This document shows, piece after piece, positions 12,157 to 23,482 of a stretch of DNA of 64,000 nucleotides. The stretch covers positions 928,156-992,155 of the forward strand of contig JAAOMT010000523.1 in the NCBI GenBank assembly GCA_016748015.1, read 5' to 3'. Within the stretch, counting starts at the first letter, position 1, and the number at the start of each line of letters is the position of its first letter. The notes beneath the pieces are model-generated. The model did not search any database, had not been told where the DNA came from, and worked only from the letters and a program-made list of their open reading frames with translations. The translations under genes were made by a program, and so were the position numbers. Source of the DNA: Geosiphon pyriformis uo1. Taxonomy: Eukaryota; Fungi; Glomeromycota.

Positions 12157-15100
12157 CCATACAATCAACTTGGCAACCTAATTGGTTCATGAGTTGTTAT
12201 GTAATAATGCTGTCTGCTGATCCACTATTAAGGATCAGTTTAATGAACTGACTATCAGCTTTGGCATCAGTGTACATCACAGTAATGGGTTTGGGATTGA
12301 GAGTGGCTCCACTAAAAAGAGGTATTTTGGTTGGTTTTTTGATTTCAAAGGGAAAAATTGCTGCTAATAATTTGTCATTAGTGATAGTTGCTGATAGAAT
12401 ATTGTTAATAAGTAATTTTGGATTGATTTCTAGGTTTTTGGGTGTGGTGTTTTCTGAAGTCATCAAGAGACTTAAATAGTTCTGGAAATTTGGATATTGA
12501 ATATATCCAATTTCTAAACTCCACTGTTGTGGTCTTAAAGATTGGGTTGAAGTACTGGGAATTGATTGATGTATAACCATTGCCAATCTTTAGTTCTGTT
12601 AGATATGAGTAATTTTTGGTCTTTGTATTCCAATGATTAATTGAGCTAAGTTTGCTGGCAGTGTTTAAATTTGTTGGAGCTAATAAATTACTTGGGATTG
12701 CAGCTAATAGATAAGTTATAACTGCAGTTGATAAACTATAAATATTGAAGACTGATAAATTGGTAGTTAATATATTGGCTACTGTGTTATGGGTAAGTAA
12801 TTTGGTTGATATGATTTTGAGTTTGATTGATAATTTGGAGTTTGGAACCAGCAATTGGGATTTTAGTATTGATTTTTTGATCATGAGATATTGCTATAAA
12901 TTTGGCAACTGGCTTTAATATGTTCTTGTTTACCACAATTGTAGCAAACACATATCTTTGGTTGCCATGATTGATTGGTTGATAATGATGAACATGTCTG
13001 ATTTTGGAAACAATTTGAGTTTCCTGAATTATTATGTCATTGTAAAAGTTAATAAATTGTTTGATTGTTAGCTAAGTATTCCTCTAATTTTTGATTGATT
13101 GAATTGCTGAACTGTTTCAATTTGGAATCCAAGTCAAATAATTCATTTATTACTAGATTTATGGCTTTGGTGTGGTTGGCTTTTAATTCAGCTGTTTCAA
13201 AATCTTGGGCATAAGTAACTGCTGCTTGAAGATCTGCTGAGTGTAATGAACATATGTGTTGAAAAATGCTATTGTGCAGGCCTTGAATGAATTGATTTAG
13301 AACTTGTGATGCTGTGAAATAATTGACTTGTATTGTCTGAATTTGGTACAGATTCCTATAGAAGTGTTCTAAGTAAGTAGTGACTGCTTTAGTTTTTCTT
13401 TGTTTAATAATGGTAAAAGTATTAACTAAGCAATTAATACTATTATTGTTGCTGAAATATTGTAAAAACCCAAGCTTAAATGCATTGAAATCCTGAGGTT
13501 TGTTGACCAAGCTTTAATACCATGAGTTAGCAGTATTTTGAAGAAAGTATGAGATGGCTTGCATGACTTTGGCGTCATTTCATCTGTTGGCTGTAATGGT
13601 TTTTTTGATATCATTTAGCCATATTTGGGCATCATCTTCTTTGCCAGTAAATTTTTCAATCTTGATGATTGGTGCATATGCTATTTGTTATTGTTGTTGT
13701 GATGGTTGTTAAAGTGGTTGTTACAATTGCTATTGATGTAGTATTTGCAGCTGTTAAATTAATTCAATTGGTGGCTGGTCAATTACATTTATTAGAGATA
13801 AGTTTTGTTGATTAATTATGTCAGGGTTTGAATTGTTCTGATTTTGTGGAGTTTGAAGATTCAGAGTTTCAATTTCTGGATTTTTTAAAATTGGGTTTTG
13901 TTGAGTTTGAATGTTTGGAGTTTTGATTTCTGAGTTTTTGACAATTGGGTTTTGGTAATTGAATTTCATATTGTCATCTTTTTTTTTTGATTCCATTACT
14001 TTCCAAAAACTTGAAATTCTGAAATCTGGTAAAGATAGCAGTAATCAAAATCCTAATAAAATTGGTAATTGCGATTTAAATCCTTCAAAATATTTGCCAT
14101 AGGTTCCTAATAGATTAGTTTTTGATTGTTTACTTTAAAATAGTATTTGTGCCAATGATGTTTTTACATTTAATGTGGACATGTCTGTTAATAAAATGTT
14201 AATGACACTTTTGAATATATAGTGGTATAATAGATTGTTTAGTGATTCAAGTCTTGTTTTCTTTCAAGTAGATGGTTGTATTTTTTGAAGTATTACTGCT
14301 GATGTTTGTAGTTTTTCTTTGTCTTTGTTTGCATAGATAATTGGATATCTTTGTTGGGTGTAATATTCAATTTTTTTATTGATTTTAGTAAGGATTGCTG
14401 TGAAATTATGATTTGCTGGTAGGCTGGTATTTTGAATTAATTCATTGTAGAAATTTTCCTTTGCAGAGTCAATTTCTACTGGTACTCCTAACAAATATAA
14501 GATTCTCTTGTTGACATAAAAGTTAAAGGCTAATTCTGCTAATAGGTAATTGTTGGTTAATTCCAAGTGTTAACAGTAGTGTTGAAATAAGGATTTGGTA
14601 AATTCTAAATGGTTTGTCCTTATTTTTTTTAATTCTGCCACTTTTAGATGGTTGGATATTGGTGCTGGTTTTCTGTAGAATTATACCTCACAGGAAGCAC
14701 CAAATGTTACAGGTAATTATTTGGAGTCTCAAATCAAATAACAAACCCATAACTTGGTGCTAATAGCTAATTTGATTGTTATAATCTGAAGATTTTGGTT
14801 GAGTTTTTTGTATAATAAACAGAGATTTAATGGTTGTTTTTTATAGTCTCCCAGAATCACAATTTTGTCAATTTTTTTTCGGCTTGGTGGCTGACAATTC
14901 TCTAGTAAGCAATCTGTATTTCATACATGTTTTATCCACTTGCAAAAGTTTTTTACCAGGCAATTTTTAACATCAATAACTCAGTGCTTTAATCTTTAAT
15001 CAATTAGTTAACAACAAAAAATAACAAAAAAATAAAAGAAAAAAGAAAATAAAAGAAAAAAAAATAAAGAAATAAGCCAAGGCAATAAATGTTAGTATTT

Positions 15101-15540
15101 TATTAATAGCCATGATCAAGAGCTATTGTTCCAGTGTGGTTTAGGTATTAGCTATTATTAACATAAAGAATTAATAGTAAAGAGTAGATTAAAATAACAA
15201 ATAATTATTTATTGATATTTTGTGAATTAAAAAGTTGCTTAGATAAAATCTAAACTGAGAGATCTGTTCTTTCTACTTCTAACACTACTGCTATATATAC
15301 ATAATTGAGATTCTTCAATTCTTCAATTCTTTTTACCAGGAATCCTGGAATTTTTAGAATCTTGCAATTCCTTTGAGAAGAATTCTGGAATTTTGAAATC
15401 CTGTGATTCTTTGTATGAGAATTTTGAAATTTTTAAAATTCTGCAATTTCTTTAAGAGAAATTCTGGAATTCCCCATTTACTATGGCTACTTCTGATTGG
15501 CTAATTTATATGCTAATATACTTTTTATACTCTCTAAGTA
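12157..15540 (-). mobile_element. 5' part of older family-A element A0: gag and protease start (12161-~14640), PBS (14686-14702), 5' LTR (14705-15540)
   Basis: Minus-strand ORFs 14264..14566, 13049..13510, 12197..12586 homologous to element A gag/PR; LTR homology. Confidence 0.9.
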
Positions 15541-16760
15541 CAGTCAGGGAGATTTTAAATTTCATAGATTAATTCTGGAATAATCCACAAAAAATTCTTG
15601 TAATCTAATTGGTGTTCAGCATTATTAGCATAGAGAATTTGATAATACTTTATTGATCAAATACTTCAAATAAAAATCAAAACTAACAATAGAAACATAC
15701 TTTTATAAACACAAAGTTTCAGAATCTATAAGGATTTACACAACTTTATATAATAGTTTTTTATTAAATTGGAGTTAAAATTACGTCTTGCTTTATAATA
15801 AATGTCAAAGACTTACCCTGTTTATTTGAATTTCTTACCAGTAAATATGACAAAAGTCAATTAGTAAAATGTGAGACCAAAAAAAGTTAAAAATGGTGAC
15901 ATGCATTAGTTAGTGTTGCAGCAGAAAGAATAATGGAAATAACTAAATATTTTTTTAGATTAACTATATTACTTGACTTTCTAAACAATTACTCTTTATG
16001 TGAAAAACATTATGATTAGATTGTTGTTAAAAAGTTTTTTATTAAACAAATTACTAAATCAAATAATTCAACTTTTTTAGATTTAGAAAAAACAGAAAAA
16101 AAAAGACCAAGACTTTCTAATGATAACAAGTTGTTAGAATTAGAAAAAACTTTTTCTAATTTTGGAGTCCAAGTATTCTTGTCAGATCCAATATATGAAG
16201 TTTATATAAAATGAATACAGGAGCTAAAAGATATCAATTAGCAATTATTATCTGAGAATATAACATTAAAAAAGCAATTAAATGAAGCATTTAATAATCA
16301 ACAAGGTTATATTAAATTTATAACAGAAATTGCCAAAAGAAAATGAAGTAATTTGTATAATGATATAATAAGTTTAAAAAAAAATTATGAATGTTTTAGT
16401 CTAGATAGTTTTTTAGAGTATTGTTCTTTAACATGGTTTGCAAAATAAAATTCAGTTATTGTAAGATTTATTAAAACTCTTACTCATAATGAAGATAAAT
16501 ATCAAAATGAAAGGGAAAAACTTTTTAAGTGTGCTGTAGCAGTTAATACTATATATGGATCAAGGCACTTAAAATATGTTTCCACTATTAATTTAGCCAC
16601 TTCAGCAATCAAATATTCAGTAGCAAGATCAAAAATAATTATTGATATTAATAATTATATTATAAATTCTGGTTGTTATAAAAATTTTACTAACTGGTTA
16701 GAAGGATTTTTATTTTTAGCCTTTAACAATAAACAAAAAAGTCAAAAAAATTACTTAGTT
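15541..16760 (+). pseudogene. Degenerate coding relic, possibly a DNA transposon fragment
   Basis: Begins CAGTCAGGGAG right after a TA that truncates the LTR end; decayed frame incl. LCEKHY and open stretch KLFKCAVAVNTIYGSRHLKYVSTINLATSAIKYS..FTNWLEG..AFNNKQKSQKNYL (~16450-16760). Confidence 0.45.
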
Positions 16761-17349
16761 GGTGTGAAAACATATTTATTGGATATATATCGGAATCCTT
16801 ATGCTCTGAGTTTTATTACTGGTCATATTTCTCTTTCTAAGGAAAGATAAATTTGAACTCCATTTCCAGTTGATTTACTTAAGTAATGTTCTATTAACAA
16901 ATTTGTTCCTGGAGAATCCCATTGGGCCATTATTCTCACTTGTAGGTCTGTTAATTCTTTCTCTCAATATGGAGAAAAAGTAATCTTGTTAGCCAAAGTT
17001 TAATCCAGAGTAACTTTATTGATACCTGCAGCAACAGCCTCCAAAGCACTACCAGTCTCTAAAGCACCACTAGTCTTCAAAGCACCAAGAACAGCAGTAC
17101 TGTACTATATGTTAACTATTATTAAAACTTTTATAATACCTGCAAACAACAAGCCAGATATAATAGTTCTGTTATTGTCTTCTGATGGTGATGGCAACTT
17201 ATAAAAAAGAAGAGTAATTGAATGTTGTAATATTTCAGAAATTTTGTTTAGTGTTCTATAATCATTTTCAAAAACTTTTCTAATTTTTTTTACTATCATA
17301 AAAAAAATGATTTCTATTGACAAATCAGGAAATCTCCTTAACTGAAATA

Positions 17350-18489
17350 ATAATAGCTATTCAACTCCATAAATCTAAAAATTATTTGATACATTTAAAG
17401 AGAAGAAATGGTTTTCTACTTTAGATCTAAACAGTAGTTATTGGCAAGTAGCCATAAATTTAGCTGACAAAAAAAAACAGAATTTATAATCAAAAAAAAG
17501 TTATGAAGCTAATCCAAGAAAGAAATCTAAAAAGTTTAAAAAATTTTAACAAAGTTCAATATTAAAAGAAGAAAATAATATTACTCATAGAAATTAGGAG
17601 TATTATATAGTTAAAGTAATAGCCAATTAGTAGTAAATATAGTAATAAAGAAATTCCAAAATTTTTCTAAAGAAATTGCAGAATTCCAAAATTTCAAAAT
17701 TCCAGGATTCTTAGTAAAAAATTGTAAGATTCCAGAATTCCAAAATTTTAGAATTTCTTTAAAAAAATTTCAGAATTCTAGAAATCTTATATAATACTAA
17801 CTATGTATATATAACAATAGTATTAAAAGCAAAAAAAGTATTTAATTCAGTTCAGTTTTAATTTAGCATTCCTTTTTTTATCTATTAATTAATTTTTACT
17901 TCACAGATAATTATAAATATATTTATTATCATCTAATTTATGTTATTGTTGTTTAATTAAAAATCTTTATTATTTATCTATTATTAACACTCTATATTGA
18001 TAATACCTAATATTTAACTATACTGAAACAATAGTTCTTAATTATGGCTATTAACAAAATACTAATTCTTATTTTTTTTTCTTATTTTTTTTATTTTATT
18101 TTTTTTATTTTTTTTTATTTTTTGTTAATTTACTAATTGATTAAAAAAATTAAGTACTGAGTAATTGATGTTATGAATAGTCTGGTAAAAGACTCAGAAA
18201 TAAAAGTATAGAGTTTAAAAATTTAAGAATAGCTTACCAAAAGAACATAACTGCTAGAATAAACTGGCCATTATGTTGAAGAAAGAAATTTGACAGAATA
18301 ACCATTTTGGAAGACTACTAAAACAATTATTGAATCTTTGTCTATTATACAAAAAACTCAACCAAAACTTTCAGAAACCAAAACCTTCAAATACCAAAAT
18401 CTTTAAATATTACCAACACTATTTAGCTATTAAGCACCAAGTTACAAGTTTGTTATTTGTATTAATATTCTAAATAATTATTTATAACA
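17350..18489 (+). mobile_element. Internally deleted family-A relic: RT fragment joined to ORF3 tail, PPT and 3' LTR (17579-18489)
   Basis: KWFSTLDLNSSYWQV at ~17405-17450, then ..gttcaatattaaaagaagaaaataa and a heavily mutated LTR. Confidence 0.8.
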
Positions 18490-18700
18490 TTAGCCACTAT
18501 ACCAAAGAAAAAAATTTGATAAAATACATATTTTAGAAGGCTACTAAAATAATTATTGAATCTCTGTTTATTATACAAAAAACTCAATCAAAATCATTAA
18601 ATCATAAAAACCTTTAGATATTACCAACACTATCCAGCTATTAAGCACTAAGTTATGGATTTGATATTTGTTTCCATATCTTAAATAATTATCTGTAACA
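18490..18700 (+). repeat. U5 end of a second family-A LTR
   Basis: Repeats the last ~210 bp of the LTR, ending TGTAACA. Confidence 0.8.
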
Positions 18701-18817
18701 ACATATAGTAAGAACATAAATTATATTTAATTATAAATTTTAATTTATTTATATATATTAGATAGTAATTAAATCATACTTAAAAAATATTTAATAAAAA
18801 AAAACCAATATAAATAC

Positions 18818-21110
18818 TTTTTTTTTTTTTTTTATTATCATTTAACGAGTGAAACCCAAATACTACCTAAACTATGATATCACAGAAGGGATTACATTAT
18901 AGGCATACATCATGCGTTTTCTACACGTGATCAGACACTCAGCCCAATCAAGGACTCACTACACTGAATCAAAAGTAGATGGGAACAATCCCAACCCATG
19001 AATTTTCTCAATGATACCATTCAGATTTCTAGAGTCAAAAATAAACTCACTAAGAAACATTTTAGTAGACTCAATATTGCCTCTGGTTTCAGCACCAGAC
19101 ATACGCCACAAAGCAATAATATGCTCAATAGTGTCCTCACTTAAAAAGGAAGGCTTAGCAGCCAAAACACTATCATAATCCATACCACCAAAGTCAACCT
19201 CAGATCTAAGACAAGCAATGTCTTTAGAAACTCTAACCATAAGGTTAGCAAAATTGTTAGCAGCACTTTTTATGGAAACAATATCTTTCTCGACCTGAAC
19301 AGTCTTAATGGCATTATTATCAAAAAGACGAGACACCAAAGCAACCAAAGAACCAACAGACTCAACAATAGACTTAACCAGAGCAGCCAAATCCGAAATT
19401 TGTTTTTCCAAAGAGTCCAATCTAGAACCAACAGCAGAATCAGCAACAGAAACAGCCAAAAGAGCCACCAAAGGAGGAAACTCAGAAAGACCAGAAGGAG
19501 CAGCAGTCTTGGCATATGAAGCAGAACCCACAAAACAAGACTTGAAAACCTTGGGAACCTTGGGAGTGGAAGGTAGAGAAATCTTGCAATCCACGGCCAG
19601 ATGGCCCATTTCTTGACACCTAAAGCAGTGCCGGCAGCCAGGAGTTTCCCACCAGATATGGCATTTCCTTAGAGTACCAGTCTTGACTACAGCAGAATCC
19701 AAATCATCTTGAGAGTCAAACATAACCAAAGCAAACCAGGAACAACGACCAGAATCAGGAGAACGAGGAATGAAACATGTCCAACTACCAATCTGAGAAA
19801 TCATATCACTGATTTCAAAGGCAGTACAGCCAAGGGGAAGGTTAACCAATTTGGCCTTAAACTTATTACGAGACAAAATAGTCTTATTTTGATTCACCAG
19901 AGGGAAGATTCTAACACTATCCTTGCCTATTAAGACTGATCAATGCTTCAAGGCAGATACAGCAGAGTCCAACTTTTCAAAATAAACCACCATGTACTGC
20001 CAAATGCCAGCAGGCTTCAGCACAACACAAGTGACACCACCAAACACACTGAGAGCCAACTTAACGTCAGCAGCAAACATACCCAAAGGCACATTACGCA
20101 GCGCAACAGCAGCAGAAGAGGAACCAAATTCAGAAACTACCAAAGACTTGGCAATTTTGAGAGTGGCCAAATGAACAAAGCTTGTAAGCTCAACCAGAAA
20201 TACAGCTTCCAAAGATTGTTGAGAAGCAAACTCCACACAGAAAAGCTTCACATTGTCTTTTGAAACAGACTTAGCACCCAAAAAACCATGCACAGACTGA
20301 AAAACAGCCTTAACATGAGCCAATTTGATCTTAAAAGTAGCACTAGGCACTAGAGTGGAGGCCACTTACCCAGCAAACCTTTAATGACTAGGAATAGTTT
20401 CCCAAGCACCACCAGAAGTAGCACCAGAAACTAGAGGAGGAAATGAATCAGTTTCCATTTGATCAGCCCAGTTTCCAAGAACAGATGACCCAACAGAAGA
20501 AGATTGTTTTGCTTCTAAAACTGGCGATGATCTGCCGAAAGACACCACATTTGGCAACACAGCCAGTGGTTGATCTTGGCCCATCTTGGATGATATGCCA
20601 GATGATGCTACAGAGATCTCATCTAAGATCTTATTAGGAACCACAAAGGAGTTCGGTGTAACAATAGTAGAGGCAAGCAACTGCCCCTACTTTTCTGAAC
20701 TTTTGGTCTTTTTGACCATTTTTTTTGAAGAGGTGGTACTAGAAACACCAGGTGTTGAATCTATAGAGGAAAAGACCAGCTTATTCACTGGTCTATTATT
20801 AAAAACTTTTGGGCTCTTGGTTGGGGTGAAGGCAATACTGGGACTAATCCAGGTGTGTCTCTTTGATGGGATTTTAACTGGTGAGAAACCAGCCAAAGAT
20901 GAAGAAGTTGCTTCAGTGGCTACCAAAGGCAGCTTATTACAATTACTGAGTAAGGAAAAGGCTTCTAAAACATTTTGCCTAATTGCTTTTACAACAGAGA
21001 GAGCTCTTCTAATTGAAATTTTATTAGATATCTCAGGACAGATATTAGGTGCAGCTTTTTTACTCTTTGCTCTGGTCATGGTCATAAAATTAAGGAGACA
21101 AAGAGTATAT
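18818..21110 (-). mobile_element. ORF1-only non-autonomous non-LTR retrotransposon (HAL1-like); 5' end approximate
   Basis: Poly(A) tail (T16 at 18818-18833), 3' UTR homologous to LINE 3' UTRs at 22472-22600 and 30008-30131, single ORF1, no ORF2. Confidence 0.82.
18959..21085 (-). pseudogene. LINE ORF1-like protein (~708 aa; RRM-like segments, CCHC knuckle, coiled coil)
   Basis: Four ORF-track pieces in one frame separated by four point-mutation stops; CFRCQEMGHLAVDC; LIGKDSVRI motif shared with ORF1 of the LINE near 24320. Confidence 0.85.
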
Positions 21111-21520
21111 TTTAAAATTTTATTATAATTATTTTTTAATAAAAATTAAATCTTTTATAAACATTTTTAATTACAAATTTTTAAAAAAAAATAAAAAAAT
21201 AAAAAATAAAAAATAAAAATAAAAACAAAAATATTTTATTTATTAACATAAAAAACAATGTTTTTTTTTAAATTTAAAATTATTAATTCAGATTATTAAA
21301 ATTATTAATTAAAATATAGATATTTCTATAAATAATTATAAAAAAATTAGATTTTAAAGTAAAAATTTATTTTATTAATTTTTAAATAAATTAAAATAAA
21401 ATATTATATAATTTTAAATATTGTATTTTAATTATATTTATATATTATTTACATTAAATTATTTTTTAAATAATAATAATTAATAATTTTTAATTAAATA
21501 ATAAATACTATTATATTTTA

Positions 21521-22610
21521 TAGTGTGAGTTGGGTTAAGGTGAAAGGACACTCTGGGATTCCTGATAATGTGAGAGCTGACTTGGCTGCTGGAGCTGCCT
21601 CTGGGTCTCTCTTTTCCTTTTGTGCCGATGTGCGTGAACATTTTTTGGTTGCTGAGAATGTCGCTGTTTCTGGTAATGCTCGTCATTTTGTCAGAAATAT
21701 TTTTCGATCAATTTGTTGTGCTCGTTGGGAAGCTGGGTCTGGTTGTGATGTAGTTCTGGATGCGATGATTGGTTGCATAGACTGGGTTGTCACAGCAAAG
21801 GTGTGGCATCCTGATTTTCATATGCTTGCTGGGTTCACTAGCCACGCATCCTCATCACTTTGCACTTATGTTATGAAGGCTGTGCACAGGAGGTTGCCGG
21901 TGGCCATTAGAAATGCTACCCTAGTGTGTTGTGTTTGTTTTGTGGTGAGGTGGAGTTCTCTGACCACGTTTTTACTTGTGTTCATGAGTCTGGCATTCGT
22001 GGTGAGATTTTGGCAGAGGCTTCTGCTCGTTGGTCAGCTTTGGCTGGTGGTTCCTCTGCTTCTGCTGTGTTGTGGGTTTTGTTTCAATGTTCCATTGATG
22101 TTGGGCTGTACACTTTGGTGTGCAAAGAGTTTGTACTGGAGGAGTGGTATGAGGAGGCTTGTGATGTTTTTGAGGATAGAAAGGTGGCCACTGCTAGGAT
22201 TGTTGACTATGTCAGGTTCGTTGTTAGTTTACATCATGCTAAGGTATGGTTGGCTAGAGCCAGCCACTGGGTGGTGATGGAGAAGGCTGGTCTGGTCTGT
22301 AATGTTGGTGTTGTTTCTGGGCTCCCTTGTGGTGTGTCTTCGGTTTTGTCTGACGGTGTTGTGAGATTGCTTGGTTTGGCCAATTCCTTTGCTGTTAGCT
22401 TTGGTCGTCAGAAGTCTTTTTGTTTTTTTTCTGGTCTGGATGGCAGTGTGCGGGTAGTTATAGATGTGTAGTGTTGCCTTGTCTGGCCTGAGTGGCTAGC
22501 CACATGTAGAAAGTGCATGAGTCGTGTTTAGTTTGAGCCTCTTAGTTTGGTTCTATATACTAGATAGCGATTGGACTACACTCATTAAATGTGTTAAATA
22601 AAAAATAAAA
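21521..22610 (+). mobile_element. 5'-truncated LINE (RNase H C-part, C-terminal zinc finger, 3' UTR, A tail)
   Basis: WVKVKGHSG..NVRAD; CLFCGEVEFSDHVFTC; possible TSD ATTATATTTTA at 21510-21520/22611-22621 (AT-rich, weak). Confidence 0.88.
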
Positions 22611-23482
22611 ATTATATTTTAATTAATAATAAAAATTATAAAAGTAATTTTTATGTTAATTATTAATATAAATTTTATTTAATAATAATAATATTATTAA
22701 CAATAATAATAATAAAATTTACAATAAATATTATTTTAATATAAGTTGTCTTAAATATAATAATATTAAAAACTTTAATTATATTTTTAAATATGATAAT
22801 AATATTAAATAAAAGTTAAAAATAATTAAATATTATTTAAATTTGTAGATATTTTGAATTAAACATAAAACAACTAAGATTAAAATAAATTTAAATTTAA
22901 TAAATATTAAAGAAAAACAACAATAAAAAAAGATATAAATATTTATATAATAATAATAATAATAAATTTTATGTACAAAAATTAATATGTAAATATAGTT
23001 AAAAAGTTTAATAATAATCAATTAGTAAAATTAAAAATCATAAAAAATTTGTGTATATATATTATAAAAAAATTTGAATGTTTAAAAACAGCTTTAAAAA
23101 CAAAAATTAAAAAATTAAACATAATATTTAAAAATAATACAAACAATATAAAATAGTTTTAATTAGTTCAAATAACTAGTCATATATAATTTATTCATAA
23201 TTTAAGTTTAATATATAATAATAGTATAAAATTATATTATATTATTAACAAAAAAATAATTTTAACATAGCTATAATATATTATAATCTGTTAGACCATA
23301 ATAAATAATACATTAAATGTTCAAGATAAATTTATAAATTAAATAAAAAACTTCTTTTTCTCCTTCATCCCAAATTCCTGAAAAAGAGTCAAATTTTGAA
23401 AGTAGGTTTTTTCTGTTTTTGCATACTGTTTTCCAATATTTCACAAGAATCAAACCCTTTTGTTGTTGGCCCAACTGCCACT

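Noticed and set aside
19270-19616. Hydrophobic and antisense ORFs overlapping the ORF1-only element (similar ones at 26649-27281 and 55745-56111)
   Set aside because: Alternate-frame shadows of TE coding sequence with strand-biased composition.
18790-21250. TSD for the ORF1-only element
   Set aside because: Flanks too AT-rich and eroded; no convincing direct repeat found, so the 5' end is approximate.
22833-23021. 62-aa Ile/Tyr/Phe-rich ORF
   Set aside because: Chance ORF in a near-pure AT tract.
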